NCBI GenBank assembly: GCA_016931695.1
Contig: JAFGEI010000023.1
Location: forward strand, 5,328-69,327
Origin: Anaerolineae bacterium
GTDB lineage: Bacteria > Chloroflexota > Anaerolineae > B4-G1 > DUEL01
Direction: 5' to 3'
DNA length: 64,000 nucleotides
Part shown: positions 35,062 to 44,148 of the stretch, one piece after another
Position numbering within the stretch: the stretch's first letter is position 1
How the letters are laid out: every line of letters begins with the position of its first letter
The notes under the pieces: model-generated
Told to the model about the DNA's origin: nothing
What the model saw: the letters and a program-made list of their open reading frames with translations, nothing else
Database searches by the model: none
Translations under genes and position numbers: made by a program

Positions 35062-36459
35062 CTACCGGCGGGCCCGATCTCCGAAACCAAAAATAGTTGG
35101 CGGCAAGTGGATGCCTGCAGCCTCGATCTTGTCCATAAACTTGGGGCGCACGCCGGTTGGACGAAGCTGGCCGATCACTTTACCGCCCTCAAAGCCCGAT
35201 TGTTCGAACTTGAACACCTCGGTGCGCACGATGGTATCCCCCTCCATGCCCTCGATGGCGGTCATGCTGACCACCTTGCGGGAGCCATCGCGGAAGCGTT
35301 CCAGCTGGATGATGACGTCGATCGCCGCGGCGATCTGCTCGCGGATCGCCCGGTGGGGCAGCTCCATGCCTGCCATCAGCACCATGTTCTCGATGCGGGC
35401 CATGGCCTCGCGGGCGTTGTTGGCGTGAATGGTCGTCATCGAGCCCTCGTGGCCGGTATTCATCGCCTGGAGCATGTCAAAGGCCTCGGAGCCACGGCAC
35501 TCGCCCACGACGATGCGATCCGGCCGCATCCGCAGCGAGTTGATCACCAGGTCGCGGATGGTGACCTCGCCCCGTCCCTCGATGTTGGGGGGGCGGGATT
35601 CGAGCGTCACCACGTGCTCCTGCTGGAGCTGCAGCTCGGCAGCATTCTCGATGGTAATGATCCGTTCATCAAAGGGGATGTAGCTGGAGAGGATGTTGAG
35701 AAAGGTCGTCTTGCCCGTGCCTGTGCCGCCCGAGATCATGATGTTTAGCGCCGCCTGCACGCAAGCCTTGAGGAACTCGACTCCTTCGGCGGTGATGGCG
35801 CCCAATTCGATCAGCTTTTCGGCCGTGAGGGGGATTCTAAAGAACTTGCGGATGGTCAGCACCGGGCCGACCAGTGAGAGGGGCGGGATGATGGCGTTGA
35901 CGCGGGAGCCGTCCTGCAGCCGCGCATCCTGGTACGGCACGCTCTCGTCGATGCGCCGCCCCAGGGGGGCCACGATGCGCTCGATGATGCGCATCAGGTG
36001 CTCTTCTGACTCGAAAACATTCGTGACCCGCTCGATCTTGCCCTTGCGCTCGATGTAAATGTTCTTGGGGCCATTGACCATGATCTCGGTGATCTCGTCG
36101 CTGGCCAGGAGTGGCTCCAGCGGCCCCAGACCGAGAATCTCGGCCACAATCTGCTCGAAAAGGCGCTCCCGTTCGGCCCGGCTGAGGGCGATGCGCTCTT
36201 CGGCCAACACTGCCTCGAACATCTCGCGAATGGTCCGCCGCACTTCGTCCTGCTGGCTGATGTCCATTGTCGGATCCAATTCGTCGATCAGCTTGTTCTG
36301 GATCCTCGTCTTGAGGTCGCGGTAGGCGTCACGAACGGTGGAAGGCGCTGCACGGCGAACCCGATCCTGCGTTGGCGGCGGAGTTGGCGCCTGCCCTCTT
36401 TGTTGCTGGGGTTGCTGCTGCTGCTGCTGTCCTTTTTCAATCCTTCTTAGTAGCGACAT
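35062..36459 (-). CDS. cpaF: CpaF/TadA family secretion ATPase
   Basis: Start at ATG 36459 after ggtgagagagga ([20 protein letters not shown]…). Walker [10 protein letters not shown], and the …[12 protein letters not shown]… VirB11-like core. Confidence 0.85.
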   Translation of the reverse strand: MSLLRRIEKGQQQQQQPQQQRGQAPTPPPTQDRVRRAAPSTVRDAYRDLKTRIQNKLIDELDPTMDISQQDEVRRTIREMFEAVLAEERIALSRAERERLFEQIVAEILGLGPLEPLLASDEITEIMVNGPKNIYIERKGKIERVTNVFESEEHLMRIIERIVAPLGRRIDESVPYQDARLQDGSRVNAIIPPLSLVGPVLTIRKFFRIPLTAEKLIELGAITAEGVEFLKACVQAALNIMISGGTGTGKTTFLNILSSYIPFDERIITIENAAELQLQQEHVVTLESRPPNIEGRGEVTIRDLVINSLRMRPDRIVVGECRGSEAFDMLQAMNTGHEGSMTTIHANNAREAMARIENMVLMAGMELPHRAIREQIAAAIDVIIQLERFRDGSRKVVSMTAIEGMEGDTIVRTEVFKFEQSGFEGGKVIGQLRPTGVRPKFMDKIEAAGIHLPPTIFGFGDRARR

Positions 36460-36515
36460 TCCTCTCTCACCTTCCTTCACCCTGCGCGGATGTCAACCAG
36501 CGGTTCCAGCCCGGC

Positions 36516-37787
36516 TCAGAAAATCCGGCCCAACATGCGTCGGCTATCTTCGGCCTCCAGGTCTTGTTCCGATTCCGTGGCTTCAAATTGCTCCACTTTT
36601 TCTACCAGCACCGCGGCCAACTGGCCAAATGCCTGTGCCAGCGGTCTTGCCACTTCTTCTGTCACAATCGGCAGCCCTCTGTTGGCTGCGATCACCCCAG
36701 CACGCTCGTCAAAGGGCAGGTGGATCGTGGCTGGCAGCAGCGCTTTTTCGATCTGGTCGATGCGGATCCCGCCGCGGATGTCCGCGTTGTTGATCACCAG
36801 GGCCAGCTTGTCCATCGGGTATCCCAGCTGGCTGGCCAGGTCCATAAAGTTTCGCGCGTCCTTGATGCTGGGAATCAGGGGCGTAATCACCATCAGGATG
36901 AACGTCGCCTCATCCAGCAGGGTGATTGTCACGTCGTCGACCCAACTCCAGGTGTCGGCGATGATCCAGTCAAACTCGTCGATCATTTTTCGCAAGATGG
37001 TGCGGATGCGCGGATTTCCCTCTTCATCCCGCCCCATCATCGCTTCAGCCATCTCGGGATTGGGCGGCGCCAGCATGGCCTTTACGCCCGAAGGGTGTGG
37101 GGTCATCACGCTGTTCAGCAGTTCCCCGTCGAGCATGTCGAGCCGGTCCGCCAGGTCGGCGATGGTGCGGGTTGGGTGGAGGTTGAACATGACAGCCACG
37201 TCGCCGAACTGGAGATTGCCGTCGAGAACAGCGATCTTTTGGGTTGCCCCCAGTCGCACCTGGAGGGCGACGGCCAGGTTGATGGCAATCATCGTGCAAC
37301 CGACTCCGCCCTTGGGAGCAAAGACGGTGATGAGCCGGCCGCGCCGGCCGCGCCGCCGCGGCGCCCCGGTAGCCACATCGACCGGCGCAGGCGCAATCTG
37401 CGCAGCGTGGGCCACGCCGATTTCATATACCCGGCGGATGGTGCTCATCAATTCGTCGCCGCTGGGCGGCTTGACCAGGAAATCCCGCGCCCCGGCCGCC
37501 ATTGCGCGACGCATGTAGCCGGTCTCTCCCTGCACGGAGAGGATAATGATCTGGGCCGATGGAACGCGCTGCTTGATCTGCTCGGTAGCGGTGATGCCAT
37601 CGATACCGGGCAAGTTGATGTCCATCAGGACGATGTCAGGCTTTGTCTCGCGGGCAAGCTGTACGCCATCCTCGCCGGTTGCCGCAGCGCCGACGACCTC
37701 AATGTCGGGGTCAAAGGAAAGCAGCTTGCGTAAATTCTCCCGCGTTTCTGGAATGTCATCGACGATCAGGACGCGAATTTTCGCCAT
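36516..37787 (-). CDS. cpaE: response-regulator receiver domain fused to CpaE-type (MinD/ParA-like) ATPase; pilus assembly protein CpaE
   Basis: N-terminal REC domain (MAKIRVLIVDDIPETREN…DIVLMDINLPGIDG…) and the deviant Walker A APKGGVGCT. Confidence 0.8.
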   Translation of the reverse strand: MAKIRVLIVDDIPETRENLRKLLSFDPDIEVVGAAATGEDGVQLARETKPDIVLMDINLPGIDGITATEQIKQRVPSAQIIILSVQGETGYMRRAMAAGARDFLVKPPSGDELMSTIRRVYEIGVAHAAQIAPAPVDVATGAPRRRGRRGRLITVFAPKGGVGCTMIAINLAVALQVRLGATQKIAVLDGNLQFGDVAVMFNLHPTRTIADLADRLDMLDGELLNSVMTPHPSGVKAMLAPPNPEMAEAMMGRDEEGNPRIRTILRKMIDEFDWIIADTWSWVDDVTITLLDEATFILMVITPLIPSIKDARNFMDLASQLGYPMDKLALVINNADIRGGIRIDQIEKALLPATIHLPFDERAGVIAANRGLPIVTEEVARPLAQAFGQLAAVLVEKVEQFEATESEQDLEAEDSRRMLGRIF

Positions 37788-37788
37788 A

Positions 37789-38859
37789 CTACTCGGCCTG
37801 CTGTGAAGATTGTGCTGCCTCTTGAATTGCTCTCAGGATATAGGATTCTACCAGGGGATTCACCGTCGGTGCCGTGACCCCGAAGGGAAGCTTGGGCGGC
37901 TGTTCGATGGCGTAGCGGGTGACGATATAGTCCAGGGTCACAGCTGTCGTCGTCGCGACGTCCTGGTCGTAAATCCCCCGCATCACCAGGTCGACGTCAG
38001 CCTGAAGCTCCAACAGCGCCTTGAGCACCAGGGTGTCCTGGATGTCGAGAAGCAGGACGACCACGTCTTGTGAAGGTATCTGGGGGGGCGGCGGGGTGAC
38101 TTCTTCCTCTGTCACAACCTGTTCCTCTACCAGTTCGATCTGCGGCACCGTTTCCTGGGGGACGTAGGGGCCGATGCGCAGCACTTCGGCATCCTGGATC
38201 GTCATCTGGGCAAAGTAGCCGGTCTGGCTCAACCCGCTGGGATAGACCATCACCGCCTGGCCCGAGGGAAGCAGCTCCATCCGCCCCATCACGCCCTCGC
38301 ACGTCGCCCCCTCCGGGCACTGGAGAATCACCCAGCGGTTGGGCAGCAGGCTCTGGAAATCTTCGTCCAGGTCAATCACCCGCCACGACGCGATAATGTC
38401 CACCCGGTCGCCCGGCTGGAGGTACCAGCCGATGGCGCTCAACATGTCGAGGGGGATGGCGATGGCCCGTTTGCCGGTCGGAATCTGTATGGCCAGGTCG
38501 GACCCTGGGGCTCTTACCTCTGGCCCTTCGCCCAGTTGATTCAGGTTGATCGGCACGCCCTGGCCGATAAAGCCGAGCACTGTCAGGCCATAGATGTCTT
38601 CCAGGTCGGTGACGTACAAATCCGGCAGCCGATCCTCCGGCCATGGCCGCAGTTCGACCAGCCCCTCCGAGATCACCATTCCGCGGTTCAGGTTGTTGCG
38701 CGCAATCGCAATCGAGACCATTGGGATCGGTGTCGGCGTCGGCGTGCCGACCTCAAAGACCTCATCCTCACGATCGCGGCTCAGCAGGAGGGCGGCAATG
38801 ACCAGTATGACTGCGACAACGACCAGCCCAATCAAGATGATTACGCGTTTACGGCCCAT
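37789..38859 (-). CDS. cpaB: Flp pilus assembly protein CpaB (SAF/RcpC domain)
   Basis: Start at ATG 38859 after gaggagg (MGRKRVIILIGLVVVAVILV…). The 69-codon upstream extension in the track ORF is rejected. Confidence 0.75.
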   Translation of the reverse strand: MGRKRVIILIGLVVVAVILVIAALLLSRDREDEVFEVGTPTPTPIPMVSIAIARNNLNRGMVISEGLVELRPWPEDRLPDLYVTDLEDIYGLTVLGFIGQGVPINLNQLGEGPEVRAPGSDLAIQIPTGKRAIAIPLDMLSAIGWYLQPGDRVDIIASWRVIDLDEDFQSLLPNRWVILQCPEGATCEGVMGRMELLPSGQAVMVYPSGLSQTGYFAQMTIQDAEVLRIGPYVPQETVPQIELVEEQVVTEEEVTPPPPQIPSQDVVVLLLDIQDTLVLKALLELQADVDLVMRGIYDQDVATTTAVTLDYIVTRYAIEQPPKLPFGVTAPTVNPLVESYILRAIQEAAQSSQQAE

Positions 38860-38972
38860 ATGTGCCTCCTCATTCGCGTTCTTGGATCCAGGAAGCCGAC
38901 CATACCACTTGCCGCCTGTTACCTCAGAGCGATGGCTGTGTTTCCCGGTGGCTTCCTGTTTTTTGTACTCTC

Positions 38973-39118
38973 GTAACTGCTCGGGCGGCCCGCCGCTAGA
39001 TGCTCTCCCGCGCTGGAGAAAGGGGGAGTGGGTGTTGCGGGCGGTTTTGCCGCCCGCAACACCCACATGTTTCCCCTTTTCCGGGCTTGCATCAGGGGGC
39101 GACCGGCTGAACAGTTAC
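38973..39118. repeat. palindromic MITE-like repeat, copy B (reverse orientation relative to copy A)
   Basis: gtaactgctcgg … ctgaacagttac termini. Internal cgcgctggagaaaggggg, central hairpin gtgggtgttgcgggcgg-ttttg-ccgcccgcaacacccac, …ccgggcttg…gggcgaccggctga. Its reverse complement aligns along the whole of copy A. Lies about 115 nt upstream of the cpaB start. Confidence 0.6.
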
Positions 39119-39219
39119 GCACTCTCAATCAATAATAGTGTGTTTCGGGGAAATGTCAAGTAGGACGATCGGCCTATTGCCTGCCCACAAGCCCGCTTGC
39201 AAGTGGTCCGGAGGGATTT

Positions 39220-39320
39220 GTAACTGCTCGGCGGGTCGCCCCTGGATGCCCTTCCAAGGCCGGAGAGGTGGCGGGGAGGCACGGCGCGGTGTTTGCTGGC
39301 GCAGTTTTTGCCGCGCCTGG
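39220..39320. repeat. palindromic MITE-like repeat, partial copy C (left arm plus GC hairpin)
   Basis: gtaactgctcggcgggtcgcccctggatgcccttccaaggccggagagg… is about 85% identical to the first 50 nt of copy A, followed by the ggcgcgg…ccgcgcc hairpin. Confidence 0.5.
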
Positions 39321-39332
39321 GGCAGGAGGAGG

Positions 39333-39372
39333 GAAGAAAAGGGGGACGTCGGCAGCTTTGCCCGCGTCCCCC
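39333..39372 (-). terminator. intrinsic-terminator-like hairpin downstream of porB (read on minus strand: gggggacg-N16-cgtccccc followed by TTTTCTTCCC)
   Basis: 8-bp GC stem with a U-rich tract immediately 3' on the minus strand, 15-50 nt past the porB stop. Confidence 0.45.
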
Positions 39373-39385
39373 TTTATCCGTGCAG

Positions 39386-40321
39386 TTATGCTGCTCCACA
39401 CAGTCGGAGCAGGTGCTCCCAGCGGCGGTCGACCTCCTTCTGCATCACGTCGATCAGGTAGCGGTTCTCGGGGCGGAAGAGGTGGCGGAAGCGGCCCTGG
39501 CGCTTGAGCCAATCTTCTACCGGGCGCTTTTCCTTGGGCGTGTAACTCAGCCGCCACTCGCCGTTCTCGACCTCAAAGAGCGGCCAATAGCAGCAATCGA
39601 CTGCCAGCTGGGTGATCTCGATGGTTTCGTCGGTGTTGTGGCGCCAGCCGCGGTTGCAGGAAGAGAGAACGTTCATAAAGGCAGCGCCGCCGCAGTTGAC
39701 CGCCTTGCGCGTCTTTTCCATCAGGTCCCGCCACTTGCTTGGGGCGGCCTGGGCCACGTAGGGGATGTTGTGGGCAGCCATGATGGCGGTCAGGTCTTTG
39801 CGGTGCTGCTGCTTGCCGGGCACGACCTTGCCGGCCGGCGACGTCGTGGTGTGGGCGCCCAGCGGGGTGGCGCTGGAGCGCTGGATGCCGGTGTTCATGT
39901 AGGCGCCGTTGTCGTAGCAGACGTAGAGGAACTGGTGCCCGCGCTCGACGGCGCCAGAGAGGGCTTGCAGGCCGATGTCGTAGGTGCCGCCGTCGCCGCC
40001 AAAGGCCAGGAACTTGATGTTCTGCTCGGGAATTTTGCCCTGGCGGACCATGCTGCGGTAGGCGGCTTCGACGCCGCTGATGGTCGAAGCGGCATTCTCG
40101 AACGCGTTGTGGATCCACGGCACGCGCCAGGCGGTGTAGGGGTAGATCGTCGTCGCGACCTCCAGGCAGCCAGTGGCGTTGGCGATAACCACCGGTTCGT
40201 CGATCGCTGCCAGCATCTGCCGCACGATGATCGAGGCCCCGCAGCCGGCGCACAAGCGATGTCCGGGCGTCAGTCGTTCGACATTCTTTGCCAGTTCTTT
40301 GGGTGTCAGTTTTGTCGCCAT
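39386..40321 (-). CDS. porB: 2-oxoacid (pyruvate):ferredoxin oxidoreductase beta subunit (TPP-binding)
   Basis: 311 aa. …LCAGCGASI…, …GGDGGTYDIG… (TPP-binding GDG). Confidence 0.85.
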   Translation of the reverse strand: MATKLTPKELAKNVERLTPGHRLCAGCGASIIVRQMLAAIDEPVVIANATGCLEVATTIYPYTAWRVPWIHNAFENAASTISGVEAAYRSMVRQGKIPEQNIKFLAFGGDGGTYDIGLQALSGAVERGHQFLYVCYDNGAYMNTGIQRSSATPLGAHTTTSPAGKVVPGKQQHRKDLTAIMAAHNIPYVAQAAPSKWRDLMEKTRKAVNCGGAAFMNVLSSCNRGWRHNTDETIEITQLAVDCCYWPLFEVENGEWRLSYTPKEKRPVEDWLKRQGRFRHLFRPENRYLIDVMQKEVDRRWEHLLRLCGAA

Positions 40322-40325
40322 CCTG

Positions 40326-41513
40326 CTACTCCCTCACGCTCAGGTAGGTCACCATTTGCTCCACCCGTCCGCTCTCGGCGGCGCGGAACATGTCCCGATA
40401 AACCGATTCGATCTCGCCGGGCAGGATATCCCGGCCGCCCAGGCCAAAGACATAGTCGGCGATCGGCATCCGCTCGCCGTGGAGGGCCAGGGCGGCCGCA
40501 ATTTCCAAGAAGAGGGGGCCGGCATTGTTCATCGCGCCAAAAGAGATGGCGCGGTCCATCACCGCGACTGCTTTCACGTGGCGCAGCGCGGCGCTCATTT
40601 CCTGTGCCGGGAAGGGGCGAAAGACCCGCGGCTTGAGCAGCCCGACCTTGAGCCCTTCTTCCCGCAGTTGGTCGACCACGACCTTGGCCGTGCCGGCGGC
40701 CGAGTTGGCAACCACGACCGCCACCTCGGCATCGCCCAGCCGATAGCTCTCAAACATGCCATAGTCGCGGTTGAACTGGCGGTTGAACGCCGCTGCCACC
40801 GCCAGGATGACCTCCGGGGCCTTTTCCATCGCCGCGACCTGCTGCCGCTTGTGCTCGTAGTAATAGTCGTAGAAATCGAGCGGGCCGTAGGTCATGGGGT
40901 TTTGCAGGTCGAGCAGCGACCACTGCGGCTGGTAGCTGCCGACGAACGCCTTGACGTCGGCGTCGTCATAGATCTCGACCCGTTCCATGCCGTGGCTGGT
41001 GATAAAGCCGTCCTGGCAGACCGCCACGGGCAGGAGGACATCGGGATGCTCGGCGATGCGCACGGCCTGGATCAGGTTGTCGTATGCTTCCTGCCCGTTC
41101 TCGGAGAAGAGAATGATCCAGCCGGCGTCGCGCATGCCCATCACGTCCGAGTGATCGCAGTGGATGTTGATCGGTCCGGAGAGGGCGCGGTTGACCAGGC
41201 TCATGACGATGGGCAGGCGGCTCGACGCGGCGATGTAGACAATCTCCCACATCAGCGCCAGGCCGTTGGCGGCGGTGGCAGTCATCACCCGCGCCCCGGC
41301 TGCCGACGCGCCGACGCAGGCGCTCATCGCGCTGTGCTCGCTCTCCACGGTCACAAATTCGGTCGTCACCAGTCCGTCCGCTACAAAGTCGGCAAACTTT
41401 TGCACCGTGGAGGTCTGGGGCGTGATCGGATAGGCGGCGACCACGTCCGGGTCGATCTGCCGCATCGCCGTGGCGACCGCCTCGTTGCCTGCTAATGCTT
41501 CAAATGTACTCAT
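40326..41513 (-). CDS. porA: 2-oxoacid (pyruvate):ferredoxin oxidoreductase alpha subunit
   Basis: 395 aa. The N-terminus is MSTFEALAGNEAVATAMRQIDPDVVAAYPITPQT…. Confidence 0.85.
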   Translation of the reverse strand: MSTFEALAGNEAVATAMRQIDPDVVAAYPITPQTSTVQKFADFVADGLVTTEFVTVESEHSAMSACVGASAAGARVMTATAANGLALMWEIVYIAASSRLPIVMSLVNRALSGPINIHCDHSDVMGMRDAGWIILFSENGQEAYDNLIQAVRIAEHPDVLLPVAVCQDGFITSHGMERVEIYDDADVKAFVGSYQPQWSLLDLQNPMTYGPLDFYDYYYEHKRQQVAAMEKAPEVILAVAAAFNRQFNRDYGMFESYRLGDAEVAVVVANSAAGTAKVVVDQLREEGLKVGLLKPRVFRPFPAQEMSAALRHVKAVAVMDRAISFGAMNNAGPLFLEIAAALALHGERMPIADYVFGLGGRDILPGEIESVYRDMFRAAESGRVEQMVTYLSVRE

Positions 41514-41516
41514 TGT

Positions 41517-41870
41517 TTACTCCTCGGCCTGGCCTTCCTCGATGATACGGATACAGAGGCGCGGGTCGTCTCGGTCGAGCTCTTGCTCGGCTTTGCGCCT
41601 GACCTGGGCGTTGACCGGGCAGACCGCCGCACAGATACCACATCCTTTGCAGTGCTCCAGGTTAAAGCCGAGCATCTTTTCGTTCTCGGCATCGACCAGG
41701 ATGCACGAATCGGGGCAGAAGAGCCAACATTGGAAACAGTGGGTGCAAGCGGCCTCGCCGCGGACGGGGCGAAAGGCGCGCCAGCCGCCGGTGAGGTACT
41801 CGACCGCGTTTCCTGCCTCCAGAATCATCCCGCCGATGGGGATTTCCTTCCATCCTTTGAGCTGTGCCAT
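41517..41870 (-). CDS. porD: 2-oxoacid:ferredoxin oxidoreductase delta subunit (2x[4Fe-4S] ferredoxin)
   Basis: Start at ATG 41870 after ggagggataaca (MAQLKGWKEIPIGG…). Two CxxCxxCxxxCP motifs. The track's 184-codon upstream extension is rejected. Confidence 0.8.
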   Translation of the reverse strand: MAQLKGWKEIPIGGMILEAGNAVEYLTGGWRAFRPVRGEAACTHCFQCWLFCPDSCILVDAENEKMLGFNLEHCKGCGICAAVCPVNAQVRRKAEQELDRDDPRLCIRIIEEGQAEE

Positions 41871-41872
41871 TG

Positions 41873-42445
41873 TTATCCCTCCACGACCTCTTCCGCCGCC
41901 CGCCGCAAAGAGCGGACGTTGGCGTCCAGTATGCCTGGAGAGACCTTTTTGCCAAACCAGGCGCGAATCTGCTCCGTCAACTCGTCGATCTCGAAAAGGC
42001 CGGTTGCGCGGGCAAAGGCGCCCAGCATGGGCGTGTTGGTGATCTCCCGGCCGATCTCTTCGATGGCGATGTGGCTGGCGTTTACCGTAAATACCTTGCC
42101 GGTGCGGAAGCCGGTGATCTCGCGCACTTCTTGGGGTAACATCGAGGTGTTGACGAGCAGTATGCCCGCCTCCTTGAGCCCTTCTGTCACCGGAACGGAG
42201 CCCAGCAGGGTAGGGTCGAGCACCAGCACCACGTCCGGCTCCTCGATCTGGGCGTGGATGGTGATCGGTTTGCGGCTGAGGCGGGTAAAGGAGCGAATGG
42301 GGGCGCCCATCCGCTCTGGCCCATAATCGGGAAAGGCCTGGAAGTACTGCCCGGTACCGAGGGCAGTTTCGGCCAGCAGCTTGCCTGCCGTGACCACTCC
42401 TTGCCCCCCGCGGCCATGCCAACGAATTTCTACTACGTCTTTCAT
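41873..42445 (-). CDS. porG: 2-oxoacid:ferredoxin oxidoreductase gamma subunit
   Basis: Start at ATG 42445 after aagggaagtgagt (MKDVVEIRWHGRGGQGVVTAGKLLAE…). Confidence 0.8.
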   Translation of the reverse strand: MKDVVEIRWHGRGGQGVVTAGKLLAETALGTGQYFQAFPDYGPERMGAPIRSFTRLSRKPITIHAQIEEPDVVLVLDPTLLGSVPVTEGLKEAGILLVNTSMLPQEVREITGFRTGKVFTVNASHIAIEEIGREITNTPMLGAFARATGLFEIDELTEQIRAWFGKKVSPGILDANVRSLRRAAEEVVEG

Positions 42446-42600
42446 ACTCACTTCCCTTTCAATAGATTGATCGCAACGACTCGGGGTACACTGCGTCCTA
42501 TTGTGCCACAAGTCAACAATTTGCGCCAGTGACGGGTTGCCCGCCAAAGGGCGATACTTGTCACAGGTTGAGATTTGTCAGTCGACCAGGATTTTGCACT

Positions 42601-44139
42601 TTACCACCGCCCGTAATAGCAAGTTTGGTAATCTGCGCCAATGATCAGCCGGAAGCCATAGGCGCTGCCCCAGTCGGGCGCGTATATCACCCGCTCGTCT
42701 GGGATGTTGAACATTGACTGCAAATAGTCCACCCCGGTTCCCTTGGCGTACTCGCTAAAGACGATGAGCATGGTCTGGTAGTAATCCCGCCGATCGGGCT
42801 CGTTCACCGCGGCCGGAAATCCTGCCCGCAGCAGCCGGTCCGCTGCCAGGTGGTCCCAATCCGGGTTGTGGGTCCCGTTCCACACGTCGACGGTGGTAAA
42901 GACGCGCGCCATGCGCGCTTCGGGGATGGGGGCCATCGCCTCGGCGACGACGGGCTCGATGGCCTCCCAGTTGGGCAAAAAGACAGACCCGCCCTGGGGG
43001 GTCGTCCACGGCGTCACCGCATCCCGGCCGATGTTGTAAAAGCGGATGTTTTGGTCCTGCAGCAGGAAAGCGACCTGGGTAATCGCGATTACGTCGTCGA
43101 GCCCCATGTCCGTCACCACCATGTCCTGCATCTGCGTCCACAGCGTGGGGATCTGGGGGATCATCCCCAGGTCTTGGCCGCGGTACCACATCGCCTGCAG
43201 CACCTGCTGCTGGCGCCGCTCGCGGGAAAAGGTGCTGCTGGTCAGCCGTGAGCGGGCGTACCAGAGCGCCTGTTCCCCGTCCAGGTGGTGGATACCCGGC
43301 TCCAGGGTAAAGATGGGATACTCGCCGTTTTCGTCGGCGTAGGGCCAATGGTCGCTGAGGGTGCAGTGGACGGGGATGTCGACGCCGCCCAGGGTGTCGA
43401 CGATGCCGATCAGGCCGTCAAAGTCGGTGCGGACGACGTGGTCGATTTCGATGCCCAGGTTGTAGAGGATGGTGTCGCGCAGCAGGCCGGTGCCGCCGCC
43501 AGGATAGCCGTAGGCTTCGCCGTAAAAGTCGGCAAAGTTGATGCGGCTCATCCAAAAGCCGGGAATGTAGAGGTAGAGGTCGCGGGGGATGGAGAGGACG
43601 GTGACCGTGCCGTGATCGACCTGGATGGAGACGATGTGGACGGCGTCGGTGTGCCACTCGGTCCACTCGGGCCGGCGGTCGCTGCCGGTGACGACGATGT
43701 TGATCGTGTCGTCGGTCAGTGAAACGGCGGGGACGGCGGTGGGGATGGGCAACACCGGCTCCGGGGTCGGGCGGCTGGGGATAAAGGTGGGGAACGGCGG
43801 CGGGAGGGTTGGCACCGGCGGGAGGGGGGTGTTGGTTGGCGTGGGGGGCGACGTCGGGGTGGGGGTGTGCGTATGGGTTGGCGTGGGCGAGGGGGGCAGC
43901 GTCGCCGTGGCGGTGGGGGTCAAAGTCGGGGACGGGGAGGCGATCGGCGTCGGGGAGAGGGTTGGTATGGGGGGGGATGTGGGAGAGGCGGCGCCCACCG
44001 CCACTGGCGGGGTAGGAGAGACCAGGCTGGAGGAGGCAAAGGTGAGGCCCAGGGCGCCCAGTCCCAGTAGCCACAGCAAGAAAAATCCTCCAACGGCAAA
44101 TACTTGCAGAACCGCCCATTGGCGCTTGCTCATTCCCAT
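42601..44139 (-). CDS. LCP family (LytR-CpsA-Psr) cell-envelope polymer transferase with Pro/Thr-rich linker
   Basis: N-terminal TM helix, an 80-aa PT linker, and the LCP core (…IVVTGSDRR…, …SIPRDLYLYIPG…, …VDTLGGVDI…). Confidence 0.8.
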   Translation of the reverse strand: MGMSKRQWAVLQVFAVGGFFLLWLLGLGALGLTFASSSLVSPTPPVAVGAASPTSPPIPTLSPTPIASPSPTLTPTATATLPPSPTPTHTHTPTPTSPPTPTNTPLPPVPTLPPPFPTFIPSRPTPEPVLPIPTAVPAVSLTDDTINIVVTGSDRRPEWTEWHTDAVHIVSIQVDHGTVTVLSIPRDLYLYIPGFWMSRINFADFYGEAYGYPGGGTGLLRDTILYNLGIEIDHVVRTDFDGLIGIVDTLGGVDIPVHCTLSDHWPYADENGEYPIFTLEPGIHHLDGEQALWYARSRLTSSTFSRERRQQQVLQAMWYRGQDLGMIPQIPTLWTQMQDMVVTDMGLDDVIAITQVAFLLQDQNIRFYNIGRDAVTPWTTPQGGSVFLPNWEAIEPVVAEAMAPIPEARMARVFTTVDVWNGTHNPDWDHLAADRLLRAGFPAAVNEPDRRDYYQTMLIVFSEYAKGTGVDYLQSMFNIPDERVIYAPDWGSAYGFRLIIGADYQTCYYGRW

Positions 44140-44148
44140 GTCGCCAAC

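Noticed and set aside
38860-39385. Flp pilin or other small ORF (for example the 69-aa and 94-aa minus-strand ORFs) in the tad upstream region
   Set aside because: The translations lack a signal or leader peptide and the Flp motif. The region is explained by the palindromic repeat copies and the por terminator.
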